Origin: Mayamaea pseudoterrestris
Lineage: Eukaryota
NCBI GenBank assembly: GCA_027923505.1
Contig: BROI01000001.1
Coordinates: forward strand, 682,001 to 746,000
Reading direction: 5' to 3'
DNA length: 64,000 nt
A model generated the notes under the pieces. The model searched no databases. It was not told the DNA's origin and saw only the letters and a program-made list of their open reading frames with translations. Shown piece by piece: positions 45,601 to 60,600 of the stretch. Within the stretch, counting starts at the first letter, position 1; each line of letters starts with the position of its first letter. The position numbers and the translations under genes are program-made.

Positions 45601-48600
45601 ACTGCCTGGAGGCTGACACCATGGGTACGGCCTCCACGGTGGGTATGGCCAACACCACAAGTTGTCGATTCTGACCTGTCAAACGCCCCATGCCCTGGCC
45701 ACCCAAATACCCAATGAGTCAGGCCAAACATGTCCAGGGTATGCCATTGACAGGTGCAGAGTCTCAAATGGTGCAAAAAGGACTGCCTGGAGGCTGACAC
45801 CATGGGTACGGCCTCCACGGTGGGTATGGCCAACACCACAAGTTGTCGATTCTGACCTGTCAAACGCCCCATGCCCTGGCCACCCAAATACCCAATGAGT
45901 CAGGCCAAACATGTCCAGGGTATGCCATTGACAGGTGCAGAGTCTCAAATGGTGCAAAAAGGACTGCCTGGAGGCTGACACCATGGGTACGGCCTCCACG
46001 GTGGGTATGGCCAACACCACAAGTTGTCGATTCTGACCTGTCAAACGCCCCATGCCCTGGCCACCCAAATACCCAATGAGTCAGGCCAAACATGTCCAGG
46101 GTATGCCATTGACAGGTGCAGAGTCTCAAATGGTGCAAAAAGGACTGCCTGGAGGCTGACACCATGGGTACGGCCTCCACGGTGGGTATGGCCAACACCA
46201 CAAGTTGTCGATTCTGACCTGTCAAACGCCCCATGCCCTGGCCACCCAAATACCCAATGAGTCAGGCCAAACATGTCCAGGGTATGCCATTGACAGGTGC
46301 AGAGTCTCAAATGGTGCAAAAGGACTGCCTGGAGGCTGACACCATGGGTACGGCCTCCACGGTGGGTATGGCCAACACCACAAGTTGTCGATTCTGACCT
46401 GTCAAACGCCCCATGCCCTGGCCACCCAAATACCCAATGAGTCAGGCCAAACATGTCCAGGGTATGCCATTGACAGGTGCAGAGTCTCAAATGGTGCAAA
46501 AAGGACTGCCTGGAGGCTGACACCATGGGTACGGCCTCCACGGTGGGTATGGCCAACACCACAAGTTGTCGATTCTGACCTGTCAAACGCCCCATGCCCT
46601 GGCCACCCAAATACCCAATGAGTCAGGCCAAACATGTCCAGGGTATGCCATTGACAGGTGCAGAGTCTCAAATGGTGCAAAAAGGACTGCCTGGAGGCTG
46701 ACACCATGGGTACGGCCTCCACGGTGGGTATGGCCAACACCACAAGTTGTCGATTCTGACCTGTCAAACGCCCCATGCCCTGGCCACCCAAATACCCAAT
46801 GAGTCAGGCCAAACATGTCCAGGGTATGCCATTGACAGGTGCAGAGTCTCAAATGGTGCAAAAGGACTGCCTGGAGGCTGACACCATGGGTACGGCCTCC
46901 ACGGTGGGTATGGCCAACACCACAAGTTGTCGATTCTGACCTGTCAAACGCCCCATGCCCTGGCCACCCAAATACCCAATGAGTCAGGCCAAACATGTCC
47001 AGGGTATGCCATTGACAGGTGCAGAGTCTCAAATGGTGCAAAAAGGACTGCCTGGAGGCTGACACCATGGGTACGGCCTCCACGGTGGGTATGGCCAACA
47101 CCACAAGTTGTCGATTCTGACCTGTCAAACGCCCCATGCCCTGGCCACCCAAATACCCAATGAGTCAGGCCAAACATGTCCAGGGTATGCCATTGACAGG
47201 TGCAGAGTCTCAAATGGTGCAAAAAGGACTGCCTGGAGGCTGACACCATGGGTACGGCCTCCACGGTGGGTATGGCCAACACCACAAGTTGTCGATTCTG
47301 ACCTGTCACAAGCCCCATGCCCTGGCCACCCAAATACCCAATGAGTCAGGCCAAACATGTCCAGGGTATGCCATTGACAGGTGCAGAGTCTCAAATGGTG
47401 CAAAAGGACTGCCTGGAGGCTGACACCATGGGTACGGCCTCCACGGTGGGTATGGCCAACACCACAAGTTGTCGATTCTGACCTGTCAAACGCCCCATGC
47501 CCTGGCCACCCAAATACCCAATGAGTCAGGCCAAACATGTCCAGGGTATGCCATTGACAGGTGCAGAGTCTCAAATGGTGCAAAAAGGACTGCCTGGAGG
47601 CTGACACCATGGGTACGGCCTCCACGGTGGGTATGGCCAACACCACAAGTTGTCGATTCTGACCTGTCAAACGCCCCATGCCCTGGCCACCCAAATACCC
47701 AATGAGTCAGGCCAAACATGTCCAGGGTATGCCATTGACAGGTGCAGAGTCTCAAATGGTGCAAAAGGACTGCCTGGAGGCTGACACCATGGGTACGGCC
47801 TCCACGGTGGGTATGGCCAACACCACAAGTTGTCGATTCTGACCTGTCAAACGCCCCATGCCCTGGCCACCCAAATACCCAATGAGTCAGGCCAAACATG
47901 TCCAGGGTATGCCATTGACAGGTGCAGAGTCTCAAATGGTGCAAAAAGGACTGCCTGGAGGCTGACACCATGGGTACGGCCTCCACGGTGGGTATGGCCA
48001 ACACCACAAGTTGTCAATTCTGACCTGTCAAACGCCCCATGCCCTGGCCACCCAAATACCCAATGAGTCAGGCCAAACATGTCCAGGGTATGCCATTGAC
48101 AGGTGCAGAGTCTCAAATGGTGCACAAAGGACTGCCTGGAGGCTGACACCATGGGTACGGCCTCCACGGTGGGTATGGCCAACACCACAAGTTGTCGATT
48201 CTGACCTGTCAAACGCCCCATGCCCTGGCCACCCAAATACCCAATGAGTCAGGCCAAACATGTCCAGGGTATGCCATTGACAGGTGCAGAGTCTCAAATG
48301 GTGCAAAAGGGACTGCCTGGAGGCTGACACCATGGGTACGGCCTCCACGGTGGGTATGGCCAACACCACAAGTTGTCGATTCTGACCTGTCAAACGCCCC
48401 ATGCCCTGGCCACCCAAATACCCAATGAGTCAGGCCAAACATGTCCAGGGTATGCCATTGACAGGTGCAGAGTCTCAAATGGTGCAAAAGGACTGCCTGG
48501 AGGCTGACACCATGGGTACGGCCTCCACGGTGGGTATGGCCAACACCACAAGTTGTCGATTCTGACCTGTCAAACGCCCCATGCCCTGGCCACCCAAATA

Positions 48601-51600
48601 CCCAATGAGTCAGGCCAAACATGTCCAGGGTATGCCATTGACAGGTGCAGAGTCTCAAATGGTGCAAAAAGGACTGCCTGGAGGCTGACACCATGGGTAC
48701 GGCCTCCACGGTGGGTATGGCCAACACCACAAGTTGTCGATTCTGACCTGTCAAACGCCCCATGCCCTGGCCACCCAAATACCCAATGAGTCAGGCCAAA
48801 CATGTCCAGGGTATGCCATTGACAGGTGCAGAGTCTCAAATGGTGCAAAAAGGACTGCCTGGAGGCTGACACCATGGGTACGGCCTCCACGGTGGGTATG
48901 GCCAACACCACAAGTTGTCGATTCTGACCTGTCAAACGCCCCATGCCCTGGCCACCCAAATACCCAATGAGTCAGGCCAAACATGTCCAGGGTATGCCAT
49001 TGACAGGTGCAGAGTCTCAAATGGTGCAAAAAGGACTGCCTGGAGGCTGACACCATGGGTACGGCCTCCACGGTGGGTATGGCCAACACCACAAGTTGTC
49101 GATTCTGACCTGTCAAACGCCCCATGCCCTGGCCACCCAAATACCCAATGAGTCAGGCCAAACATGTCCAGGGTATGCCATTGACAGGTGCAGAGTCTCA
49201 AATGGTGCAAAAAGGACTGCCTGGAGGCTGACACCATGGGTACGGCCTCCACGGTGGGTATGGCCAACACCACAAGTTGTCGATTCTGACCTGTCAAACG
49301 CCCCATGCCCTGGCCACCCAAATACCCAATGAGTCAGGCCAAACATGTCCAGGGTATGCCATTGACAGGTGCAGAGTCTCAAATGGTGCAAAAAGGACTG
49401 CCTGGAGGCTGACACCATGGGTACGGCCTCCACGGTGGGTATGGCCAACACCACAAGTTGTCGATTCTGACCTGTCAAACGCCCCATGCCCTGGCCACCC
49501 AAATACCCAATGAGTCAGGCCAAACATGTCCAGGGTATGCCATTGACAGGTGCAGAGTCTCAAATGGTGCAAAAAGGACTGCCTGGAGGCTGACACCATG
49601 GGTACGGCCTCCACGGTGGGTATGGCCAACACCACAAGTTGTCGATTCTGACCTGTCAAACGCCCCATGCCCTGGCCACCCAAATACCCAATGAGTCAGG
49701 CAAAACATGTCCAGGGTATGCCATTGACAGGTGCAGAGTCTCAAATGGTGCAAAAAGGACTGCCTGGAGGCTGACACCATGGGTACGGCCTCCACGGTGG
49801 GTATGGCCAACACCACAAGTTGTCGATTCTGACCTGTCAAACGCCCCATGCCCTGGCCACCCAAATACCCAATGAGTCAGGCCAAACATGTCCAGGGTAT
49901 GCCATTGACAGGTGCAGAGTCTCAAATGGTGCAAAAAGGACTGCCTGGAGGCTGACACCATGGGTACGGCCTCCACGGTGGGTATGGCCAACACCACAAG
50001 TTGTCGATTCTGACCTGTCAAACGCCCCATGCCCTGGCCACCCAAATACCCAATGAGTCAGGCCAAACATGTCCAGGGTATGCCATTGACAGGTGCAGAG
50101 TCTCAAATGGTGCAAAAAGGACTGCCTGGAGGCTGACACCATGGGTACGGCCTCCACGGTGGGTATGGCCAACACCACAAGTTGTCGATTCTGACCTGTC
50201 AAACGCCCCATGCCCTGGCCACCCAAATACCCAATGAGTCAGGCCAAACATGTCCAGGGTATGCCATTGACAGGTGCAGAGTCTCAAATGGTGCAAAAAG
50301 GACTGCCTGGAGGCTGACACCATGGGTACGGCCTCCACGGTGGGTATGGCCAACACCACAAGTTGTCGATTCTGACCTGTCAAACGCCCCATGCCCTGGC
50401 CACCCAAATACCCAATGAGTCAGGCCAAACATGTCCAGGGTATGCCATTGACAGGTGCAGAGTCTCAAATGGTGCAAAAAGGACTGCCTGGAGGCTGACA
50501 CCATGGGTACGGCCTCCACGGTGGGTATGGCCAACACCACAAGTTGTCGATTCTGACCTGTCAAACGCCCCATGCCCTGGCCACCCAAATACCCAATGAG
50601 TCAGGCCAAACATGTCCAGGGTATGCCATTGACAGGTGCAGAGTCTCAAATGGTGCAAAAAGGACTGCCTGGAGGCTGACACCATGGGTACGGCCTCCAC
50701 GGTGGGTATGGCCAACACCACAAGTTGTCGATTCTGACCTGTCAAACGCCCCATGCCCTGGCCACCCAAATACCCAATGAGTCAGGCCAAACATGTCCAG
50801 GGTATGCCATTGACAGGTGCAGAGTCTCAAATGGTGCAAAAGGACTGCCTGGAGGCTGACACCATGGGTACGGCCTCCACGGTGGGTATGGCCAACACCA
50901 CAAGTTGTCGATTCTGACCTGTCAAACGCCCCATGCCCTGGCCACCCAAATACCCAATGAGTCAGGCCAAACATGTCCAGGGTATGCCATTGACAGGTGC
51001 AGAGTCTCAAATGGTGCAAAAAGGACTGCCTGGAGGCTGACACCATGGGTACGGCCTCCACGGTGGGTATGGCCAACACCACAAGTTGTCGATTCTGACC
51101 TGTCAAACGCCCCATGCCCTGGCCACCCAAATACCCAATGAGTCAGGCAAAACATGTCCAGGGTATGCCATTGACAGGTGCAGAGTCTCAAATGGTGCAA
51201 AAAGGACTGCCTGGAGGCTGACACCATGGGTACGGCCTCCACGGTGGGTATGGCCAACACCACAAGTTGTCGATTCTGACCTGTCAAACGCCCCATGCCC
51301 TGGCCACCCAAATACCCAATGAGTCAGGCCAAACATGTCCAGGGTATGCCATTGACAGGTGCAGAGTCTCAAATGGTGCAAAAAGGACTGCCTGGAGGCT
51401 GACACCATGGGTACGGCCTCCACGGTGGGTATGGCCAACACCACAAGTTGTCGATTCTGACCTGTCAAACGCCCCATGCCCTGGCCACCCAAATACCCAA
51501 TGAGTCAGGCCAAACATGTCCAGGGTATGCCATTGACAGGTGCAGAGTCTCAAATGGTGCAAAAAGGACTGCCTGGAGGCTGACACCATGGGTACGGCCT

Positions 51601-54600
51601 CCACGGTGGGTATGGCCAACACCACAAGTTGTCGATTCTGACCTGTCAAACGCCCCATGCCCTGGCCACCCAAATACCCAATGAGTCAGGCCAAACATGT
51701 CCAGGGTATGCCATTGACAGGTGCAGAGTCTCAAATGGTGCAAAAAGGACTGCCTGGAGGCTGACACCATGGGTACGGCCTCCACGGTGGGTATGGCCAA
51801 CACCACAAGTTGTCGATTCTGACCTGTCAAACGCCCCATGCCCTGGCCACCCAAATACCCAATGAGTCAGGCCAAACATGTCCAGGGTATGCCATTGACA
51901 GGTGCAGAGTCTCAAATGGTGCAAAAGGACTGCCTGGAGGCTGACACCATGGGTACGGCCTCCACGGTGGGTATGGCCAACACCACAAGTTGTCGATTCT
52001 GACCTGTCAAACGCCCCATGCCCTGGCCACCCAAATACCCAATGAGTCAGGCCAAACATGTCCAGGGTATGCCATTGACAGGTGCAGAGTCTCAAATGGT
52101 GCAAAAAGGACTGCCTGGAGGCTGACACCATGGGTACGGCCTCCACGGTGGGTATGGCCAACACCACAAGTTGTCGATTCTGACCTGTCAAACGCCCCAT
52201 GCCCTGGCCACCCAAATACCCAATGAGTCAGGCCAAACATGTCCAGGGTATGCCATTGACAGGTGCAGAGTCTCAAATGGTGCAAAAAGGACTGCCTGGA
52301 GGCTGACACCATGGGTACGGCCTCCACGGTGGGTATGGCCAACACCACAAGTTGTCGATTCTGACCTGTCAAACGCCCCATGCCCTGGCCACCCAAATAC
52401 CCAATGAGTCAGGCCAAACATGTCCAGGGTATGCCATTGACAGGTGCAGAGTCTCAAATGGTGCAAAAAGGACTGCCTGGAGGCTGACACCATGGGTACG
52501 GCCTCCACGGTGGGTATGGCCAACACCACAAGTTGTCGATTCTGACCTGTCAAACGCCCCATGCCCTGGCCACCCAAATACCCAATGAGTCAGGCCAAAC
52601 ATGTCCAGGGTATGCCATTGACAGGTGCAGAGTCTCAAATGGTGCAAAAAGGACTGCCTGGAGGCTGACACCATGGGTACGGCCTCCACGGTGGGTATGG
52701 CCAACACCACAAGTTGTCGATTCTGACCTGTCAAACGCCCCATGCCCTGGCCACCCAAATACCCAATGAGTCAGGCCAAACATGTCCAGGGTATGCCATT
52801 GACAGGTGCAGAGTCTCAAATGGTGCAAAAGGACTGCCTGGAGGCTGACACCATGGGTACGGCCTCCACGGTGGGTATGGCCAACACCACAAGTTGTCGA
52901 TTCTGACCTGTCAAACGCCCCATGCCCTGGCCACCCAAATACCCAATGAGTCAGGCCAAACATGTCCAGGGTATGCCATTGACAGGTGCAGAGTCTCAAA
53001 TGGTGCAAAAAGGACTGCCTGGAGGCTGACACCATGGGTACGGCCTCCACGGTGGGTATGGCCAACACCACAAGTTGTCGATTCTGACCTGTCAAACGCC
53101 CCATGCCCTGGCCACCCAAATACCCAATGAGTCAGGCCAAACATGTCCAGGGTATGCCATTGACAGGTGCAGAGTCTCAAATGGTGCAAAAAGGACTGCC
53201 TGGAGGCTGACACCATGGGTACGGCCTCCACGGTGGGTATGGCCAACACCACAAGTTGTCGATTCTGACCTGTCAAACGCCCCATGCCCTGGCCACCCAA
53301 ATACCCAATGAGTCAGGCCAAACATGTCCAGGGTATGCCATTGACAGGTGCAGAGTCTCAAATGGTGCAAAAAGGACTGCCTGGAGGCTGACACCATGGG
53401 TACGGCCTCCACGGTGGGTATGGCCAACACCACAAGTTGTCGATTCTGACCTGTCAAACGCCCCATGCCCTGGCCACCCAAATACCCAATGAGTCAGGCC
53501 AAACATGTCCAGGGTATGCCATTGACAGGTGCAGAGTCTCAAATGGTGCAAAAAGGACTGCCTGGAGGCTGACACCATGGGTACGGCCTCCACGGTGGGT
53601 ATGGCCAACACCATAAAAGAACGTGATTGTAGATTCTGACCTGTCAAACGCCCCATGCCCTGGCCACCCAAATACCCAATGAGTCAGGCCAAACATGTCC
53701 AGGGTATGCCATTGACAGGTGCAGAGTCTCAAATGGTGCAAAAAGGACTGCCTGGAGGCTGACACCATGGGTACGGCCTCCACGGTGGGTATGGCCAACA
53801 CCACAAGTTGTCGATTCTGACCTGTCAAACGCCCCATGCCCTGGCCACCCAAATACCCAATGAGTCAGGCCAAACATGTCCAGGGTATGCCATTGACAGG
53901 TGCAGAGTCTCAAATGGTGCAAAAAGGACTGCCTGGAGGCTGACACCATGGGTACGGCCTCCACGGTGGGTATGGCCAACACCACAAGTTGTCGATTCTG
54001 ACCTGTCAAACGCCCCATGCCCTGGCCACCCAAATACCCAATGAGTCAGGCCAAACATGTCCAGGGTATGCCATTGACAGGTGCAGAGTCTCAAATGGTG
54101 CAAAAAGGACTGCCTGGAGGCTGACACCATGGGTACGGCCTCCACGGTGGGTATGGCCAACACCACAAGTTGTCGATTCTGACCTGTCAAACGCCCCATG
54201 CCCTGGCCACCCAAATACCCAATGAGTCAGGCCAAACATGTCCAGGGTATGCCATTGACAGGTGCAGAGTCTCAAATGGTGCAAAAAGGACTGCCTGGAG
54301 GCTGACACCATGGGTACGGCCTCCACGGTGGGTATGGCCAACACCACAAGTTGTCGATTCTGACCTGTCAAACGCCCCATGCCCTGGCCACCCAAATACC
54401 CAATGAGTCAGGCCAAACATGTCCAGGGTATGCCATTGACAGGTGCAGAGTCTCAAATGGTGCAAAAAGGACTGCCTGGAGGCTGACACCATGGGTACGG
54501 CCTCCACGGTGGGTATGGCCAACACCACAAGTTGTCGATTCTGACCTGTCAAACGCCCCATGCCCTGGCCACCCAAATACCCAATGAGTCAGGCCAAACA

Positions 54601-57600
54601 TGTCCAGGGTATGCCATTGACAGGTGCAGAGTCTCAAATGGTGCAAAAAGGACTGCCTGGAGGCTGACACCATGGGTACGGCCTCCACGGTGGGTATGGC
54701 CAACACCACAAGTTGTCGATTCTGACCTGTCAAACGCCCCATGCCCTGGCCACCCAAATACCCAATGAGTCAGGCCAAACATGTCCAGGGTATGCCATTG
54801 ACAGGTGCAGAGTCTCAAATGGTGCAAAAAGGACTGCCTGGAGGCTGACACCATGGGTACGGCCTCCACGGTGGGTATGGCCAACACCACAAGTTGTCGA
54901 TTCTGACCTGTCAAACGCCCCATGCCCTGGCCACCCAAATACCCAATGAGTCAGGCCAAACATGTCCAGGGTATGCCATTGACAGGTGCAGAGTCTCAAA
55001 TGGTGCAAAAAGGACTGCCTGGAGGCTGACACCATGGGTACGGCCTCCACGGTGGGTATGGCCAACACCACAAGTTGTCGATTCTGACCTGTCAAACGCC
55101 CCATGCCCTGGCCACCCAAATACCCAAGCAATGAGTCAGGCCAAACATGTCCAGGGTATGCCATTGACAGGTGCAGAGTCTCAAATGGTGCAAAAAGGAC
55201 TGCCTGGAGGCTGACACCATGGGTACGGCCTCCACGGTGGGTATGGCCAACACACCACCAAGTTGTCTCTGTCAAACGCCCCATGCCGTGGCCCACCCAA
55301 AGACCCAATGAGTCAGGCTAAACATGTCCAGAGTTTGCCATTGAGAGGTGCAGAGTCTCAAATGGTGCAAAAAGGACTGCCTGGAGGCTGACACCATGGG
55401 TACGGCCTCCACGGTGGGTATGGCCAACACCACAAGTTGTCGATTCTGACCTGTCAAACGCCCCATGCCCTGGCCACCCAAATACCCAATGAGTCAGGCC
55501 AAACATGTCCAGGGTATGCCATTGACAGGTGCGGAGTCTCAAATGGTGCAAAAAGGACTGCCTGGAGGCTGACACCATGGGTACGGCCTCCACGGTGGGT
55601 ATGGCCAACACCACAAGTTGTCGATTCTGACCTGTCAAACGCCCCATGCCCTGGCCACCCAAATACCCAATGAGTCAGGCCAAACATGTCCAGGGTATGC
55701 CATTGACAGGTGCAGAGTCTCAAATGGTGCAAAAAGGACTGCCTGGAGGCTGACACCATGGGTACGGCCTCCACGGTGGGTATGGCCAACACCACAAGTT
55801 GTCGATTCTGACCTGTCAAACGCCCCATGCCCTGGCCACCCAAATACCCAATGAGTCAGGCCAAACATGTCCAGGGTATGCCATTGACAGGTGCAGAGTC
55901 TCAAATGGTGCAAAAAGGACTGCCTGGAGGCTGACACCATGGGTACGGCCTCCACGGTGGGTATGGCCAACACCACAAGTTGTCGATTCTGACCTGTCAA
56001 ACGCCCCATGCCCTGGCCACCCAAATACCCAATGAGTCAGGCCAAACATGTCCAGGGTATGCCATTGACAGGTGCAGAGTCTCAAATGGTGCAAAAGGAC
56101 TGCCTGGAGGCTGACACCATGGGTACGGCCTCCACGGTGGGTATGGCCAACACCACAAGTTGTCGATTCTGACCTGTCAAACGCCCCATGCCCTGGCCAC
56201 CCAAATACCCAATGAGTCAGGCCAAACATGTCCAGGGTATGCCATTGACAGGTGCAGAGTCTCAAATGGTGCAAAAAGGACTGCCTGGAGGCTGACACCA
56301 TGGGTACGGCCTCCACGGTGGGTATGGCCAACACCACAAGTTGTCGATTCTGACCTGTCAAACGCCCCATGCCCTGGCCACCCAAATACCCAATGAGTCA
56401 GGCCAAACATGTCCAGGGTATGCCATTGACAGGTGCAGAGTCTCAAATGGTGCAAAAAGGACTGCCTGGAGGCTGACACCATGGGTACGGCCTCCACGGT
56501 GGGTATGGCCAACACCACAAGTTGTCGATTCTGACCTGTCAAACGCCCCATGCCCTGGCCACCCAAATACCCAATGAGTCAGGCCAAACATGTCCAGGGT
56601 ATGCCATTGACAGGTGCAGAGTCTCAAATGGTGCAAAAAGGACTGCCTGGAGGCTGACACCATGGGTACGGCCTCCACGGTGGGTATGGCCAACACCACA
56701 AGTTGTCGATTCTGACCTGTCAAACGCCCCATGCCCTGGCCACCCAAATACCCAATGAGTCAGGCAAAACATGTCCAGGGTATGCCATTGACAGGTGCAG
56801 AGTCTCAAATGGTGCAAAAAGGACTGCCTGGAGGCTGACACCATGGGTACGGCCTCCACGGTGGGTATGGCCAACACCACAAGTTGTCGATTCTGACCTG
56901 TCAAACGCCCCATGCCCTGGCCACCCAAATACCCAATGAGTCAGGCCAAACATGTCCAGGGTATGCCATTGACAGGTGCAGAGTCTCAAATGGTGCAAAA
57001 AGGACTGCCTGGAGGCTGACACCATGGGTACGGCCTCCACGGTGGGTATGGCCAACACCACAAGTTGTCGATTCTGACCTGTCAAACGCCCCATGCCCTG
57101 GCCACCCAAATACCCAATGAGTCAGGCCAAACATGTCCAGGGTATGCCATTGACAGGTGCAGAGTCTCAAATGGTGCAAAAAGGACTGCCTGGAGGCTGA
57201 CACCATGGGTACGGCCTCCACGGTGGGTATGGCCAACACCACAAGTTGTCGATTCTGACCTGTCAAACGCCCCATGCCCTGGCCACCCAAATACCCAATG
57301 AGTCAGGCCAAACATGTCCAGGGTATGCCATTGACAGGTGCAGAGTCTCAAATGGTGCAAAAAGGACTGCCTGGAGGCTGACACCATGGGTACGGCCTCC
57401 ACGGTGGGTATGGCCAACACCACAAGTTGTCGATTCTGACCTGTCAAACGCCCCATGCCCTGGCCACCCAAATACCCAATGAGTCAGGCCAAACATGTCC
57501 AGGGTATGCCATTGACAGGTGCAGAGTCTCAAATGGTGCAAAAAGGACTGCCTGGAGGCTGACACCATGGGTACGGCCTCCACGGTGGGTATGGCCAACA

Positions 57601-60600
57601 CCACAAGTTGTCGATTCTGACCTGTCAAACGCCCCATGCCCTGGCCACCCAAATACCCAATGAGTCAGGCCAAACATGTCCAGGGTATGCCATTGACAGG
57701 TGCAGAGTCTCAAATGGTGCAAAAAGGACTGCCTGGAGGCTGACACCACTTTCTCGGCTCCGCAGAGTACGCCATCGGCCGTTCGCCAAACGTCTGCGCC
57801 CAAATGATATGCCAATGCTGGACCTGACGCCTTGTCCCAGTTGTAGTTCTCAATTAAAAGATCCGTTTAGTCCTTCATTTCATCGCACGCTAAATCAAGC
57901 CGACATACACACAAACGCATTCGTAGTGCGTGCCTTATCAGCGCATCCACACGTCCGGTTCTGCATACACGGGCGTGAAGCCAATGTCGCGAGCGTGAGT
58001 GCCTGCAAAGTCTCGTGCCAGCGTGCGCCTGACGTGAAGACCGTATAATGCTCACGATCGCGGAGCGTACCTCGAGCTCCCCGAACCTGGACCTGCCACT
58101 CATATAAACCTTCTTCGCGGCTTCCAAGTATGCGGCTAAGTCGACGCCAGCTGCTCCACAGTTCCGTGACCGCTGAGTTCCGGGCCACACGTCCAGGGTA
58201 TGCCATTGACAGGCAGAGTCTCAAATGGGAGGACTGCTGAGGCTGACCCGGGAGGCCCAGGGAGAACAGCGACTCTGACCTGTCAAACGCCCCATGCCCT
58301 GGCCACCCAAACACCAATGAGTCAGGCCAAACATGTCCAAGTGTATGCCATTGAACAGGAGAGTCCAGCGCAAAGCGGCTGACCAGGGGGGCGGTAGCAG
58401 GTTGCACACGAAAAACAGCAACCAGAGCGATACCTTTACTTGTCATAGTGCATGGTGCCTTTGTATGCAGCATATAGAACTAGCAGACGGAAAAGTAGCA
58501 GCGTGTTTAGAGGGCATATAGCCGGTATCCTTGGTTCGATTCCGAGGTGCGCTACTTTTTAACGGCAAGTGATACTACTTCCAGTTGCATACCAGGGACG
58601 AGAAGAGGGCTGCTGGTTCGTGCGACCGAACGCGAAGAAAAAGCAAAATCACCGGTTGCACGGGTTTGTCACGAACGGAACGATGGGGAGTCGCGAACCC
58701 CGGAGGCACAAAGATGCGCCGAGCCGAAACGCCGCAGAAAAACTGAAAAGTGACATTCCCGCGAGACGAAAATGCCAGCTGAAACGGAAGACGAGTTAGC
58801 ACTATGACGCGCAAAGCTAGGGGAGTAGCAGGTTGCACAACCATTGACGGCAGGCTTGGGCAAAGTACAGCAGACGAAAGGACCGGAGGAATACCACGGG
58901 GGAGCAAGCGACACCCGCAAACGCCCCATGCCCTGGCCACCCAAAACCAATGAGTCAGGCCAAACATGACCAGGGTATGCCATTGACAGGTGCAGAGTCT
59001 CAAATGGTGCAAAAAGGACTGCCTGACCGGCTGACACCATGGGAACGGCCTCCACGGGGGTAGGCGGCCAACACCACAAGCTGCCGACCGTCAAACGCCT
59101 CACGCCCTGGCCACCCAAATACCCAAGAGTCAGGCCAAACATGTCCAGGGTAAGCCATGACAGGTGCAGAGTCTCAAATGGTGCAAAAAGGACCGCCTGG
59201 AGGCTGACACCATGGCACGGCCCACGGTGGGTAAAGGGCCAACACCACAAGTTGTCGATTCTGACCTGTCAAACGCCCCATGCCCTGGGCCACCCAAAAC
59301 CCAATGAGACAGGCAAACATGTCCAGGGTATGCCATGACAGGTGCAAGTCTCAAATGGTGCAAAAAGGACCGCCGGAGGCTGACACCATGGGACGGCCCA
59401 CGGTGGGTATGGCCAACACCACAAGTTGTCGATTCTGACCTGTCAAACGCCCCATGCCCGGGCCACCCAAATACCCAATGAGTCAGGCCAAACATGTCCA
59501 GGGTATGCCATTGACAGGTGCAAAGTCTCAAATGGTGCAAAAAGGACTGCCTGGAGGCTGACACCAAGGGTACTGCCTCACGGGGGTGGTATGGCCAACA
59601 CCACAAGCTGTGATTCTGACCTGTCAAACGCCCCGTGCCCTGGGCCACCCAATACCCAATGAGGCGGGCCAAACATGTCCAGGGTGGGCGATTGACGGAG
59701 GTGCAGAGCTCAAATGGTGCAAAAAGGACTCTGGGGCAGGGCAGGCCCCGGGTGGCCAACACCGCAGGTGCCGATTCTGACCTGTCAAACGCCCCATGCC
59801 CTGGGCCACCCAAATACCCAATGAGTCAGGCCAAACATGTCCAGGGTATGCCATTGACAGGTGCAGAGTCTCAAATGGTGCAAAAAGGACTGCCCGGAGG
59901 CTGACACCATGGGCAAGCCGGCCCCCGGGGAGGCTAACACCACAAGTGCCCGATTCTGACCTATCAAACGCCCCATGCCCTGGCCACCCAAATACCCAAT
60001 GAGTCAGGCCAAACATGTCCAGGGTATGCCATTGACAGGTGCAGAGTCTCAAATGGTGCAAAAGGACTGCCTCGGAGCTGACACCAGGGTACGGCCTCCA
60101 CGGGGGTGATGGCCAACACAGCCACAGTTATTCGGACCTGCAAAACGCCCCATGCCCTGGCCACCCAAATACCCATGAGTCAGGGGAGGGTATGCCATTG
60201 ACAGGTGCAGAGTCTCAAATGGTGCAAAAAGGACTGCCTGGAGGCTGACACCAAGGGTACAGCCTACACAGTGGGTATGGCCAACACCACAAGTTGTCGA
60301 TTCTGACCTGTCAAACGCCCCATGCCCTGGCCACCAAATACCCAATGAGTCAGGCCAAACATGTCCAGGGTATGCCATTGACAGGTGCAGAGTCTCAAAT
60401 GGTGCAAAAAGGACTGCCTGGAGGCTGACACCATGGGTACGGCCCACGGTGGGTATGGCCAACACCACAAGTTGTCGATTCTGACCTGTCAAACGCCCCC
60501 ATGCCCTGGCCACCCAAATACCCAATGAGTCAGGCCCAAACATGTCCAGGGGAAGCATTACAGGTGCAGAGGCAAAAGGACTGCCTGGGAGGCTGACACC

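Noticed and set aside
42650..57750. 180 vs 181-bp monomer pattern as a higher-order repeat
   Set aside because: The difference is only A4/A5 in a homopolymer with irregular spacing, typical of long-read error.
57750..58920. Apparently unique inserts within the 181-bp array (possible spacers or new element)
   Set aside because: They are interleaved with garbled monomer fragments, lack termini, TSDs or a recognisable ORF, and precede a generally noisy region. Most likely low-quality base calls; needs raw reads.
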